NCBI GenBank assembly: GCA_031550205.1
Contig: JAVBOV010000040.1
Coordinates: forward strand, 1 to 62,476
DNA from: Alphaproteobacteria bacterium
GTDB lineage: Bacteria > Pseudomonadota > Alphaproteobacteria > RF32 > CAG-239
DNA: 62,476 bases
Reading direction: 5' to 3'
Part shown: positions 26,392 to 36,079 of the stretch, piece after piece
Layout: the number at the start of each line of letters is the position of its first letter
How positions within the stretch are numbered: the first letter of the stretch is position 1
Notes under the pieces: generated by a model
Told to the model about the DNA's origin: nothing
What the model saw: only the letters and a program-made list of their open reading frames with translations
The model's database searches: none
Program-made: the position numbers and the translations under genes

Positions 26392-27111
26392 TTATTTTAT
26401 CTTGTTATGAGTTAAAGAATATTGAGCTACGGTAAAACCTATGGGGTTTTTCAGCCTTTCGCCGTATTTTACGGTTTTAGACTGGTAAGCAATGCGCATG
26501 GAAGCGGTCCAATAATTGACCTCGGGAGCAGTGGAGGAGGGAAACATGTCCTGAGTTTCATATTCAACCTGCCACAAGCCGCGGCCAAGCTCATTAACCG
26601 TGAGGATACGGACGTTTCTGACCAGACTTCTGGCTCTGATTATGTCTAAAGCCTTGTAAGCGGTTCTATCCAAAAACTCTTGATAAACCGAGCTTGAAGA
26701 CATTTCCTGAATGGGGCCGCCGGGCATCCAGCGGGCCTGCATCTCTGAGATGTCCTGATCAAAAGAGCTTCTGAGCAAAACATATTCTCTGACAAAAACC
26801 TCGGTAATGGCTTTTTCATCAATGATATTGCCGCGAACCGGCTTAATGGAATATACCTGCTCCTGCTTGTTTTGAAAGGTGAGCAGAAACGGCTCTAAGC
26901 GGTATAGCGGAACAACCTGAGTAATGGCAAGCAGCAAAACCACGTTGCAGCAAAGACTGATGGCGGTGATAATGGCGAATGCTCTGGCTGTCCAAAGATA
27001 TCTTTTTTCAGCAAGATTGGCCACAAAAGCATCTGACGCACTCCGAGAAGCGGCACTGCTGCCGGTAAGAAGCTTTTGCCCGATATTTGCCTGTCTGATT
27101 TGTTTTGCCAT
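26392..27111 (-). CDS. virB8: VirB8-family T4SS protein, copy 1
   Basis: 239 aa. N-terminal TM (FAIITAISLCCNVVLLLAI), a periplasmic domain, and the conserved C-terminal NPxG motif (RLKNPIGFTVAQYS). Confidence 0.85.
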   Translation of the reverse strand: MAKQIRQANIGQKLLTGSSAASRSASDAFVANLAEKRYLWTARAFAIITAISLCCNVVLLLAITQVVPLYRLEPFLLTFQNKQEQVYSIKPVRGNIIDEKAITEVFVREYVLLRSSFDQDISEMQARWMPGGPIQEMSSSSVYQEFLDRTAYKALDIIRARSLVRNVRILTVNELGRGLWQVEYETQDMFPSSTAPEVNYWTASMRIAYQSKTVKYGERLKNPIGFTVAQYSLTHNKIK

Positions 27112-27127
27112 TCAACCCACTTTCCAA

Positions 27128-27322
27128 CTAAATTGCCGCAACAAACCAATCGGGCAGATTCTTGGGCAAATCCAAGTGCATGCAGGCGCAAGGAGAAAGC
27201 TTTAATTCGTCCACACCCTTGCCAACGCCTACGGGTTCAGCCTCGTAATAAGAGCCGAACACGCCGCAACCGGCCAAAAACAACAAAAACAGAAATAAAA
27301 CAAACTTTTTATCCATATCCAA
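27128..27322 (-). CDS. virB7: Small lipoprotein, VirB7-like by position
   Basis: 64 aa. Lipobox FLLFLAGC. Lies between two virB8 genes as described for rvhB7. DLPKNLPDW loosely resembles the VirB7 P-[ILV]-N-K motif. Confidence 0.45.
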   Translation of the reverse strand: MDMDKKFVLFLFLLFLAGCGVFGSYYEAEPVGVGKGVDELKLSPCACMHLDLPKNLPDWFVAAI

Positions 27323-27454
27323 TTTCCTCTGCGCACAATAAGTCTAATTAAAATTAAACGTTTTTAATTAAAAAGTCTAATTTTAGAGCAGAGAAATGCA
27401 CAGAAAACTCAAAAGTGAAAAGTGAATGGTGAGAAGTGAAGAGTTATTGCTATT

Positions 27455-28228
27455 TTATCTTAGTTCTACTTCGGTTTGAGAGTAGCGGACAACGGTGAAG
27501 CCCAGAGGGTTGATTAAGCGAAGGCCGACAAAGCTTCTTTCCGGAATGAAGTAAGCGGTTATGGAAGCGGTCCAATAACGGGTTTTCAAGACCAGAGCCT
27601 TGGTTCTTTGGTTGCGGGCGGCTTCCGACAAATCATAGGTTTTAAAATCAACCTTCCAGATGGCGCTTTTTTCACCGCCCACTCTGCCGGCGGAAATGAT
27701 TTCCACCTCCCTGACCAGCTTGGCGTCAAACATGGCTTGCCAAGTGCTTTTGCGGGTAGAGTCAAATTGCGAGAAAACATCGGGCGCGGATAAAAAATTT
27801 ACCATGCCGCCGGGATACCAGCGCGTGCGCATTTCTATCTGGTCGTTAACAATGGTGTTCCTTATAATTACATATTGTTTGATGAACGTTTCCATCATCT
27901 GGTTCATTGAGGCCTGATTTTCAAGCAGAACATTATAAGATATCGGGTCGTAGCGGACAATGCCGTCAGAAGAGTCCTGGCTGATGATTAAAAACGGTTC
28001 AACGCTGACCTTGGGAGCAAGCTTGAACAGCATTAATGAAAAAGATAAAAAGGCAGATAAAGAGACAACCGCCAGAAAGATGAAAAATCTGGAAAGCCAA
28101 ACATAATAGTGCAGCTTGGAGCTTTCAATCTCACGCTCTTTTTCATCAATAAAATCAATTTTCTTGCCGCTGCCATAGGTCAGCGACAACATTTTGATTC
28201 CGGCCAATATTTTATCTTTAGAGCTCAT
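27455..28228 (-). CDS. virB8: VirB8-family T4SS protein, copy 2
   Basis: 257 aa. TM (FFIFLAVVSLSAFLSFSLMLF). NPxG motif RLINPLGFTVVRYS. Clearly a paralog of 26392..27111. Confidence 0.85.
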   Translation of the reverse strand: MSSKDKILAGIKMLSLTYGSGKKIDFIDEKEREIESSKLHYYVWLSRFFIFLAVVSLSAFLSFSLMLFKLAPKVSVEPFLIISQDSSDGIVRYDPISYNVLLENQASMNQMMETFIKQYVIIRNTIVNDQIEMRTRWYPGGMVNFLSAPDVFSQFDSTRKSTWQAMFDAKLVREVEIISAGRVGGEKSAIWKVDFKTYDLSEAARNQRTKALVLKTRYWTASITAYFIPERSFVGLRLINPLGFTVVRYSQTEVELR

Positions 28229-28242
28229 TAAATTTTATTTTC

Positions 28243-31200
28243 CTAGTAGGCTGCACAGTAAGGTTTTTCAAACTTTTTAATTTGCTTTTCAAGTTCCTCT
28301 TCCGCTTTCTTGCGCTGAGCACCGGCAACTTCGCGGTTGACTCTTTCAGAAACAATTTCTTCATCAAGTTCGGAGCCGGAAGAGACGTTGGTACTTAAGG
28401 TTATAAGTTCGTCCTTGTCTTTTTGCAGGGCAAGAAAAATATTCTGCAGCAGGGCAACTCTTTCCAAAACCAGCTCTCCGCCGCCGTCTCCGGCTTCCTT
28501 AAGCACAGACGAGGCCAGAGATACTTTTTCGTTTTTCTTGCTTTCAAGCTGTTTTTTTATCTTGTCATAATCTTCAGCCTTGGCAAGGTCAAAATTACGG
28601 TCGATAGTAACACCCACATTGGCCAGAGCCTCTACCAGAGTATCTTTAATGTCTTCAATATTAATGGCAAGTTCGTCGCGAGCCTGTTTCAAATCTCGCT
28701 CGCGGTCAACAAAGTTTAAGAAATTGCCGATTTGATTGCGGTCAAACTTGGAGCGGCGGAGAAGAGCGTCTTCCGTTGTTTTCTTATATGAAGTTTCCTG
28801 CTTGGAAAGTTCTCCCGCAACATATTCAAGACGGGCAAAAATATCAACCACGTTCTTTCTCAGCTTTATGCCATTGATGCCATAGTCTAAAAATACGCCA
28901 AGCTCGCTGGTGTTGGCGGCCAAATCTCCGCCCTTATATTCTGAATTTTTGAACAATATTTTATAATCTATGCCTGCGGACGCGTCTGCGCGGCCGGATG
29001 TTTCGTCTTCAGGGTCAAAAACATTATAATTGTGCGTTTGCTGAATTTTGCCGTTTACAACTACCGGCGCAATAAACGGTTCACCGACCACAATGTTTTG
29101 ACAATCAGTATAGGCGTTGGAAACAACCGAGTTGGTCACCAGATAATTTTTGGTTAAAGGATTGGCGATAACCGTATGTTTGTTGTTGTTGCAAGGATAG
29201 GTGCCGCCGTCTAAGAAGCTCATTTCCTCACCGCCCAGGGTCAGAAGTTTTTTGAGGTCAACCTCTTGCTCAACAAAAGCGTCTTTGGCCAGAACTCTCT
29301 TCCAGATTTCAGGCATTTTGCCGCCGATATCCAAGAAATATTCCGAAATGGTATAACCGTCTTCAAAACCATATTTAGCTTGAATGATGTTGCCGTAATC
29401 ATTTTCATCAAAGTGGAAGACCTCTCTTAACGGAGGGAGATAATCTGACGGGGCTGATTTCGGCGCTTTAAGGTCTCTGGCCTTGCCGCCGTAGCCGATG
29501 TAATATTCAAAATCTGCCTCCAAGCAGGCGTCTTTGGCGCAGGCAACGGAAGTTAAGAACTGCTGATATACCAAAGAAACAGACTGAACAACAGCCGGAG
29601 CCGCCGACAAACCGCTTAAGCCTTTAATGCCGGTAAGCGGCAGATTTTGCAAATCAGTCATCAGTTTTTGATGTCTTTGCAGCACTTTGGCGTGCCCGCT
29701 TGAAACATAGATATCGTCTCCCATGGCAAGGATATCCGCTTTTGTCTGTTCAATAAGCTCCTGAGCTCTTTTCTGAGCCTCGGTGGTGAGCATTTCAGCT
29801 TCCGAAATGTAAGAGGTTATTTGGCTGCTTATGCCGGCAAATGAGCCTAAGTCAAGGTTGGCCATGGCCAGCATTTTCTCATTTCCTTTTTGTGTAACGG
29901 CAGAAGAAGCGGATAATAATCCCTGATATTTTTCAACTTCCTGTTCATAAACTTTTTTGGCGGCGGCAAGGCCCTGCTCGTAGTCTTTAATGAGAGGCAG
30001 GCGGTCTTTAACGGTGCGGCTTAACAGGTCTTTGGCATATCCTCTTGCTCTTAACATCTGCTCGGCATATGAAGCCTCAACTTCCTTATGGCTTTTAATA
30101 TATTCTTTTTTAACGGCCTCAATATCCTTCTCGGTCTTTTGAATGGCCTCTTCAATGAGCTTTACTTTGGCTTTTTCAGCAGCAACCAATTCTCTGATTT
30201 GAGCAACGTTTTTGCCGGCAAAAGCCGCCACGGCAAGGCTGATTTCTTTTTGCAGCTTGGATTCCGTTAAGAAAGCGCTTTCTTCAGGGGTGATAAACTC
30301 ACGGGAATATTCTTCGGTTTGATAAGTGGTAACAACGGTCTCTTCTTCTTTTTGAGGAGCATCTTTTTGTATTTCCTGAGTTTGATATTCCACAATCGTC
30401 GGCTGCGCAGGGGCGGTTTTTATCGGTGCTTCAACCGCTATTTCCACGATTTTTTCTTCAGTAACGGTGAGTTCAGAGGGGCCTTTTTCTTCGGTGGTAA
30501 TCTCAAAAACCTTATCGGCCGGAACCCCTTGGGCAAAGGCCAATGTTTCAAGATAAGAATGTTTTTCAGGCTCCGCATTTTCAGGCTGCTGAATCGGGGT
30601 CAGACTATCCGGCTGTTCTTCAATGAAATCTTCAAGGCTTTGAACCGGCGCAGCATTTTCAATAACCAGTTCCTCCGTGCTGATTTTAATGTCTCCGGGG
30701 GTAAGTTCCTGTTTAATTTCAGTGGTGGTGGTTTGGTAAATTTTCGGTTTTTCAGGGGCTGTTTCCGCCGGAGCAATAACCTCACGATGAGTGGTGGTAA
30801 CAACGGTTTCAGCGCCATCTATTTTTGTTTCAACAACAGTTTCTTTTTCAAAATCCACAACGTTTTTAACAATCACCGCTCTGTCTTCAACTTCGCCCTG
30901 ATATTCATTAATATCCTTGATTTGAGACGCCATGTCCTGAGCTTCAAGAGTTGATTCCTGAATGCGGCCTTCAAGTTCGTTAATTTTTATGTTGTATTCA
31001 TTTATAAGCTTGGCGATGCCGTCTAACTGCTGATTTAGGTTTTTCTTGCGGGCATTAAGCGGGGTGAGCTTATTGTTCATGGCAGATTTTGCCTGCGCAA
31101 AGGCCTGGTCTCTTGAGCCTTTGCCAAGATTAAAGCTGCCTTCGGCATCGGCCAAGTCTTTGGCGGCGGCATCCTGTTCGACTTTGAGGGTTTTCTGCAA

Positions 31201-33021
31201 ATTATCATCAAAACGTCTCAACTCGTCTTGGCCGATTTTTTCCTGCATTTCCGCTTCATAAATTTCTTTTAAGCGCTTTTCTGCGGCCAGAGATTCCTGA
31301 TATGCTTTTTCATTTTTATTCTTCTTGTATTGGGCGGTTTTTTGAACCTGGTCATAATATTTATCAAATAATATTTCTTTTTGTTTGGCATATTCGGCAG
31401 GAGCCAGATTAGCCAAAGATTTGGAACGGTCTTCCGAACCAAGGCCCAAACTTTCGCGTTTTTCGGCAATAAAGGCATCGGCCATAGATGCAACGATTTT
31501 AATTGCGCCGGCTTTTAAATCAGCCCTTGCAATATAGTCTTTAATATTTTCATATTTGCCTTCAATATATTGATTATAAAAACTTTTCTGGTCGTTCCAG
31601 ATGGGATATTTTTTCTTCAAGCCGCCCCACTGAGGCGAATTTGAATATTGGTCTTGAGCCAGAAAGCTGAAGGCTTCGGCGCCGATTTCCCAAGAAAGTA
31701 AGTTAGTTTGGCGGTCTATTTGGCCAATCTCATCTTCCGAGCTGGGGCTCAGCAAACCGCCGGTGTCTATTTTGACATTGGAATTGGCGGCATATTCGTT
31801 GCCGGTGTCGGCTTTGATAATTCCGGTATAATCAACCTCGGCCAGGTCTTGTGCGGAAACAGAGTTGGAAAGTTCGGCTTTGGCCGTATCATAAGCCTTA
31901 ATTGCCCAGCCGGAGATGCCGCCGCGCAGCTGGTGGGCGCTTACCTGAGCGTTTAAATCTCTGCCGGCCCAGACCTTGTTCGGGTCGGAATAATATTGTC
32001 CAAGATGGCGGATGGCGCACCCGCTTGAAAGCTGCAGGGCTTTAATGGAGGTTTCATGCATTCTGACATAGCGGTCATATGAAACAAAGGAATCTTGAAA
32101 AGAAGGCATGGACTGGAGCAGATTATGAATTTCTATGGCTTCCATGGCCTGATTATAAACGGGGTCAAGCTTGGCCAGCCTTTCAAGCTCATCGCGGTTG
32201 GCGGCATATGGAGAATCAAGACCGGAATCCGGAGCCTCAACAAATTCTACAATTCTTTTGGCAAAGGCAACGGTTTCCGACGAGCGGTAACTGCCGGTCT
32301 TTTGGGCGGATGGAGCCTCTTCGGGAAGAATATTCATCATCGCTTTGGCTGCTTCATATTGGGCTTTCAAAGCTTCAAATTCTTCATAAACCTTGAGCAG
32401 CTGTTCATATGAGACCTCGGCATTATATGCGTTGGTCCAGACGCCGTTGACGTTGTCTCCCTGCTCAGCGCCCTGCTCCGTGTCTCTAAAGCCGTCATTT
32501 AACTTGTTTTCAATTCCTTTGAGCCGTTCTTCAAGTTTTCGGGAAGAAACATAAACCTCCATTAAGGTATCTTGATAAAACTCACGACGCTTGGCGGCAT
32601 ATGCGGCCTGCTCTTCGGCCGTGGAGCCTGGATATTGCATGAAGAGTTCATATATGCCGTTTTTAACCGAATTATAATCTTGATTATCTATGTCTTTGCA
32701 TTCCTCTATGGTACGGGTGCCGGGTACCGGTTTTTCAAGCTCTTGGCCTAAGGCAGACTGCTCGGAAAATTCCGGAAGATAGCCTTCTTTCAAGGCTTTT
32801 TGAGCACTTAAGGCATCTTGTTTTATCTCGTTGACTTTGGATTGAACTTTGCGTTTTTTGGCAGTTACATCGTTTATTTTTTTCAAAACGTTATTCGGAA
32901 TATCCGTGGTGATATCAAACGGCATTGGCGGAAACATCAGGGTTTGAGCGCTTTGCGGAGCAAGCACTGAAAACAGAGCGGCAGCCGAGAGAGATAAAAA
33001 TATGGATTTAAGTTTTCTCAT
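28243..33021 (-). CDS. Giant secreted coiled-coil protein (1592 aa), unknown function, inside the T4SS operon
   Basis: Signal peptide SLSAAALFSVLAPQSAQT. Long heptad-like K/E/A/Q-rich stretches. A central E/T/V/P-rich region. A Cys-containing globular region near the C-terminus. Shares the ETLAFAQGVPA motif with 34798..36018. 4-nt overlap with the upstream gene. Confidence 0.6.
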   Translation of the reverse strand: MRKLKSIFLSLSAAALFSVLAPQSAQTLMFPPMPFDITTDIPNNVLKKINDVTAKKRKVQSKVNEIKQDALSAQKALKEGYLPEFSEQSALGQELEKPVPGTRTIEECKDIDNQDYNSVKNGIYELFMQYPGSTAEEQAAYAAKRREFYQDTLMEVYVSSRKLEERLKGIENKLNDGFRDTEQGAEQGDNVNGVWTNAYNAEVSYEQLLKVYEEFEALKAQYEAAKAMMNILPEEAPSAQKTGSYRSSETVAFAKRIVEFVEAPDSGLDSPYAANRDELERLAKLDPVYNQAMEAIEIHNLLQSMPSFQDSFVSYDRYVRMHETSIKALQLSSGCAIRHLGQYYSDPNKVWAGRDLNAQVSAHQLRGGISGWAIKAYDTAKAELSNSVSAQDLAEVDYTGIIKADTGNEYAANSNVKIDTGGLLSPSSEDEIGQIDRQTNLLSWEIGAEAFSFLAQDQYSNSPQWGGLKKKYPIWNDQKSFYNQYIEGKYENIKDYIARADLKAGAIKIVASMADAFIAEKRESLGLGSEDRSKSLANLAPAEYAKQKEILFDKYYDQVQKTAQYKKNKNEKAYQESLAAEKRLKEIYEAEMQEKIGQDELRRFDDNLQKTLKVEQDAAAKDLADAEGSFNLGKGSRDQAFAQAKSAMNNKLTPLNARKKNLNQQLDGIAKLINEYNIKINELEGRIQESTLEAQDMASQIKDINEYQGEVEDRAVIVKNVVDFEKETVVETKIDGAETVVTTTHREVIAPAETAPEKPKIYQTTTTEIKQELTPGDIKISTEELVIENAAPVQSLEDFIEEQPDSLTPIQQPENAEPEKHSYLETLAFAQGVPADKVFEITTEEKGPSELTVTEEKIVEIAVEAPIKTAPAQPTIVEYQTQEIQKDAPQKEEETVVTTYQTEEYSREFITPEESAFLTESKLQKEISLAVAAFAGKNVAQIRELVAAEKAKVKLIEEAIQKTEKDIEAVKKEYIKSHKEVEASYAEQMLRARGYAKDLLSRTVKDRLPLIKDYEQGLAAAKKVYEQEVEKYQGLLSASSAVTQKGNEKMLAMANLDLGSFAGISSQITSYISEAEMLTTEAQKRAQELIEQTKADILAMGDDIYVSSGHAKVLQRHQKLMTDLQNLPLTGIKGLSGLSAAPAVVQSVSLVYQQFLTSVACAKDACLEADFEYYIGYGGKARDLKAPKSAPSDYLPPLREVFHFDENDYGNIIQAKYGFEDGYTISEYFLDIGGKMPEIWKRVLAKDAFVEQEVDLKKLLTLGGEEMSFLDGGTYPCNNNKHTVIANPLTKNYLVTNSVVSNAYTDCQNIVVGEPFIAPVVVNGKIQQTHNYNVFDPEDETSGRADASAGIDYKILFKNSEYKGGDLAANTSELGVFLDYGINGIKLRKNVVDIFARLEYVAGELSKQETSYKKTTEDALLRRSKFDRNQIGNFLNFVDRERDLKQARDELAINIEDIKDTLVEALANVGVTIDRNFDLAKAEDYDKIKKQLESKKNEKVSLASSVLKEAGDGGGELVLERVALLQNIFLALQKDKDELITLSTNVSSGSELDEEIVSERVNREVAGAQRKKAEEELEKQIKKFEKPYCAAY

Positions 33022-34130
33022 TTTCCTGCTCCGGTTTTGTCTTTTTTCAATTTATATTTGCATAGATTTAAGACCGACATATTAGATTTCAAATCTTGAA
33101 ACTGAGGGTTTTCATCAATGGAGAGTTCAAAAGAAGTATCGGCTTTAAGGTCTGCAATTTTAAGTTTGAGAAGATTTATGATCATGTGCATTTCTTCAGC
33201 GGTAAGGTCAGAGGTCAGACTGACTGCGTCCATGGTGCCTTCCTGCACGGACACGCCTTCGGCAATTTTTTCGGCTTTTTCCAAAGCGGGGTCAAGCCCC
33301 AAGGGGGTTTTGGCGGCAAGGGCCAAGGCATTGAGGTTGTCTTCAAAGGCCACCGAATTTCTGGCAACGCGGACGCGGGCTTTGGTGGCAGAGGTATCGG
33401 CCTCGCCTTCTTTAAGATACATTTCTTTAACCACCGCCTCAGAGTTGGGGACGCTGTCGGGGTTGGCGTCAAAAATACTTGAGGCCTTAGCTGCCAAACC
33501 GGTGGCGGCGTTTTCAAGGGCCTGCGATTTGAGCTCTTTTAATTTTTTTTCAATTTCCGTAACCTTGGCGTTTTTTTCTTCGGTCAGGGTTTGGGTGTTC
33601 ACCGCCAATTCTTCGGCCAGAATTTTTTTGCTGCCGGCATTTTGCGCGATTGATATTTCAATATTGGCTTTTTCTTGGGCGTCTTTAGCCAACGCCAGCT
33701 GCTGAGACAAAATGGCGGTGTTGTCATCAGCGGCTTTGGTTTGCGCCTCTATTCTGGTTTGCAAGGCTCTTATGCTTTGTTCATAGCCGGCTTCAACTTG
33801 CTTTTTTTCACCTTCAAGTGCTTTAATTTCTTTGGCAACAGCCGTTTTCTTTTGAGCGGCGGCGGCCTTGGCCTGAGCTTGCTCAATCTGCTCTTTGCTG
33901 TTGTTCACCTTTTCTCCAAGATATTTAACGGCGGCTTCATCACCGGTACCGATGGTAAACTCCTGCTTAATGCCGGCGGCTTCATCAAGTTTTTCCAGCG
34001 CTGTTCCTCCAACTTCCTTAATAGTCTCAAGAGCGGATTTGACGGTATTGGCAATATCAAATTTTATCTTGGCTTCGGCCGAAGCGGAAAGCAGGCATGC
34101 TGATAAGGCAAGGGCGATTATTTTTTTCAT
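33018..34130 (-). CDS. Secreted (possibly lipidated) Ala/Lys/Glu-rich coiled-coil protein
   Basis: 370 aa. N-terminus MKKIIALALSACLLSASAEA|KIKFDI, so either SPI cleavage or the LSAC lipobox could apply. 4-nt overlaps on both sides. Confidence 0.55.
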   Translation of the reverse strand: MKKIIALALSACLLSASAEAKIKFDIANTVKSALETIKEVGGTALEKLDEAAGIKQEFTIGTGDEAAVKYLGEKVNNSKEQIEQAQAKAAAAQKKTAVAKEIKALEGEKKQVEAGYEQSIRALQTRIEAQTKAADDNTAILSQQLALAKDAQEKANIEISIAQNAGSKKILAEELAVNTQTLTEEKNAKVTEIEKKLKELKSQALENAATGLAAKASSIFDANPDSVPNSEAVVKEMYLKEGEADTSATKARVRVARNSVAFEDNLNALALAAKTPLGLDPALEKAEKIAEGVSVQEGTMDAVSLTSDLTAEEMHMIINLLKLKIADLKADTSFELSIDENPQFQDLKSNMSVLNLCKYKLKKDKTGAGK

Positions 34131-34786
34131 TGCGCACCTCCTGCGGTTTTTCCTTCCGTTTCAGGACGGTTGGTTAAGGTACGCATGCGTTTGTTCATTC
34201 TCAGTTGATATGATGCAGCCTGCAAGGCGCTTATTCTGGAAAGCCTTTTGGAAGCTTCTAAGTCTTCTTTGGCTGCATCTTGGATAATGTCTCTGGTGTC
34301 TTCTTTTTCAGAAGCTTTTTCTTTTTTCTCATTGTTCAGATTAACCCTGGTAATGTAGGCAACAGCGTAAAGACGGACGGCGTTTTCACGGTCCGTTTCG
34401 GTTAATTTTTGCTCATTTTCAAGATATGCGGCAACGTCTTCTCCCTGCCCGCGAACGGAGACGAAGTTTTGTTTGATGTTTTCAATGGTTTTATCATGGT
34501 CATTGACGTTTTCAATTGAGGAAGGCAGGTTGATGCCGCCGATTTTGGGCTTTAAGCCGGCAATCTCCTCAACCTTAAGATTGTCCTTCATGCCTTTGAC
34601 GCCGGCAACCTGCTCGTTAAGCTGGCGATATTCTGAAGAAATGTCCTTGATGACGGTGCTGGCTTTTTTGGTGACGTTTTTAATTTTGCCGATGATTTTT
34701 TGAAAAAGCTCAAAGTCTGCCCTGGCCTCGGAGACCGGAAGCATCATCAATAAAACACAAAAGATGAAAGCGGCAAGCTTTTTCAT
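34127..34786 (-). CDS. Secreted protein, unknown function
   Basis: 219 aa. Signal peptide FIFCVLLMMLPVSEARA|DFELF. Predicted helical, charged. Confidence 0.5.
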   Translation of the reverse strand: MKKLAAFIFCVLLMMLPVSEARADFELFQKIIGKIKNVTKKASTVIKDISSEYRQLNEQVAGVKGMKDNLKVEEIAGLKPKIGGINLPSSIENVNDHDKTIENIKQNFVSVRGQGEDVAAYLENEQKLTETDRENAVRLYAVAYITRVNLNNEKKEKASEKEDTRDIIQDAAKEDLEASKRLSRISALQAASYQLRMNKRMRTLTNRPETEGKTAGGAQ

Positions 34787-34797
34787 TAGTTTAACCC

Positions 34798-36018
34798 TTA
34801 TTCAATCCCTATAGTTTTTTTATCAAAGCCCGACATTCTTTCCAGAGCCTTTAAACGCATTTCAGAAGCCAGCATTTCCATTTGAGCTTTAATAAGCTCC
34901 ATCTGCTGAACCTTAACCTGCGCCAAATTGTTAATATCATCGCGTTCGGTTGAGGCGTTTTCCATGTCTTTTTGGGTTTTTTCAACCACATCTTCTTCAA
35001 ACTTGGACATTTTGTTGCTGAGGTCTAAAGCCGAGGCCAGGTTTTCGGTAGTGGCTTCATAAACCATGGCCGCATGTTTTTGCTGGCATTCAGGGGCAAC
35101 CTGCGTGTCCCCGTGCTGCATGCAGGCAACAAGTCTTTTCATGCAGTCATTAATCACGTTTTCATCGCTTAGGGCATTTTTATCGGTTATTTCGCAATAA
35201 AACGCCATTTCCTGAGGCATTATGCCGGTGAAATCAGTGGCGGGAACGCCTTGGGCAAAAGCCAGCGTTTCAGCAAAAATCAGAGAACGGCTTTGCGGAG
35301 AGAGGGTCTGCATATCTATTTTTTCAAGCTCCATTTTGCGAACGGGTCTTTTTCTGAAGCTTTGAGGTTGTTCAGGCGCCAAAACAGGCGCGACGGCCGG
35401 TGCCGGTTCTTCGGTTAAGGCTTCTTCAGCGGGCAGAGCAGGCTGCAAAGCCGGCTCCGGTGTTTTTTCTTCATAGGTCTTTTTAATTGAGCTTGGCTCA
35501 ACAAGCACTGAACTTTCTGTGGCTGTTGTGGCGGTTGAAGGCTGAGGAATGTCAACAGCTGCTGCAGTTGGGGTTTCGCTGCCGGAAATATCCTGATAAA
35601 CTTCTTTGGCGTCATTATAAGTGTCTTTGTATTCATTATATTCTTTTTTGGCATCGGCTATTCTGGCTCTGGCCTCTTCTTTTTGAGCATTGAGTTCGTC
35701 AAGTTTTTGCTTTCTTTCCTCATAAGCTTTGCGCAGCTTTTCAAGACGGGCTTGTTCTTTTTTAACTTTTTCGGCTTTTTCCTTGGCCTTTTCCACTTTG
35801 TCTCCGGCCAGTTTGGACATTGAAGACTTGGCATCGCCGAGGGCTGATGTCATCTTGTTGGCAGAAGTGGTGCCGGAAACAATGGTCTTGGACTGCTTAA
35901 CAGATTCCATGTTGCCGGAAATGGCTTCCTTAATTGCGCCAAGGTCAAGGGTCGGCCATTGGGCTTTGGCTTCAGAGCTAAAGACAACCATCATTAATAA
36001 AAGAACTAAGAATCTCAT
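34798..36018 (-). CDS. Secreted coiled-coil protein, candidate VirB5/TrbJ analogue by position and N-terminal pattern
   Basis: 406 aa, the first gene after virB4. Signal peptide MMVVFSSEAKA|QWPTLDLGAIKEAI. The mature start (aromatic-x-x-x-D) loosely resembles the TrbJ/VirB5 N-terminus. Coiled coil, Pro/Ala-rich linker, ETLAFAQGVPA motif, Cys-containing helical C-domain. Confidence 0.35.
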   Translation of the reverse strand: MRFLVLLLMMVVFSSEAKAQWPTLDLGAIKEAISGNMESVKQSKTIVSGTTSANKMTSALGDAKSSMSKLAGDKVEKAKEKAEKVKKEQARLEKLRKAYEERKQKLDELNAQKEEARARIADAKKEYNEYKDTYNDAKEVYQDISGSETPTAAAVDIPQPSTATTATESSVLVEPSSIKKTYEEKTPEPALQPALPAEEALTEEPAPAVAPVLAPEQPQSFRKRPVRKMELEKIDMQTLSPQSRSLIFAETLAFAQGVPATDFTGIMPQEMAFYCEITDKNALSDENVINDCMKRLVACMQHGDTQVAPECQQKHAAMVYEATTENLASALDLSNKMSKFEEDVVEKTQKDMENASTERDDINNLAQVKVQQMELIKAQMEMLASEMRLKALERMSGFDKKTIGIE

Positions 36019-36079
36019 CTGTCATATCTCCTGTACATACTTTAATAATAGCAAAAATTTGGTTACAAGTATGTTAAAT

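Noticed and set aside
30319-34287. Plus-strand ORFs of up to 211 aa antisense to the coiled-coil genes (30319..30954, 33096..33482, 33118..33705, 33675..34103, 33895..34287)
   Set aside because: A/K/E-rich coiled-coil genes typically leave the antisense frames open (F/L/S-rich products). There are no signals of independent genes.
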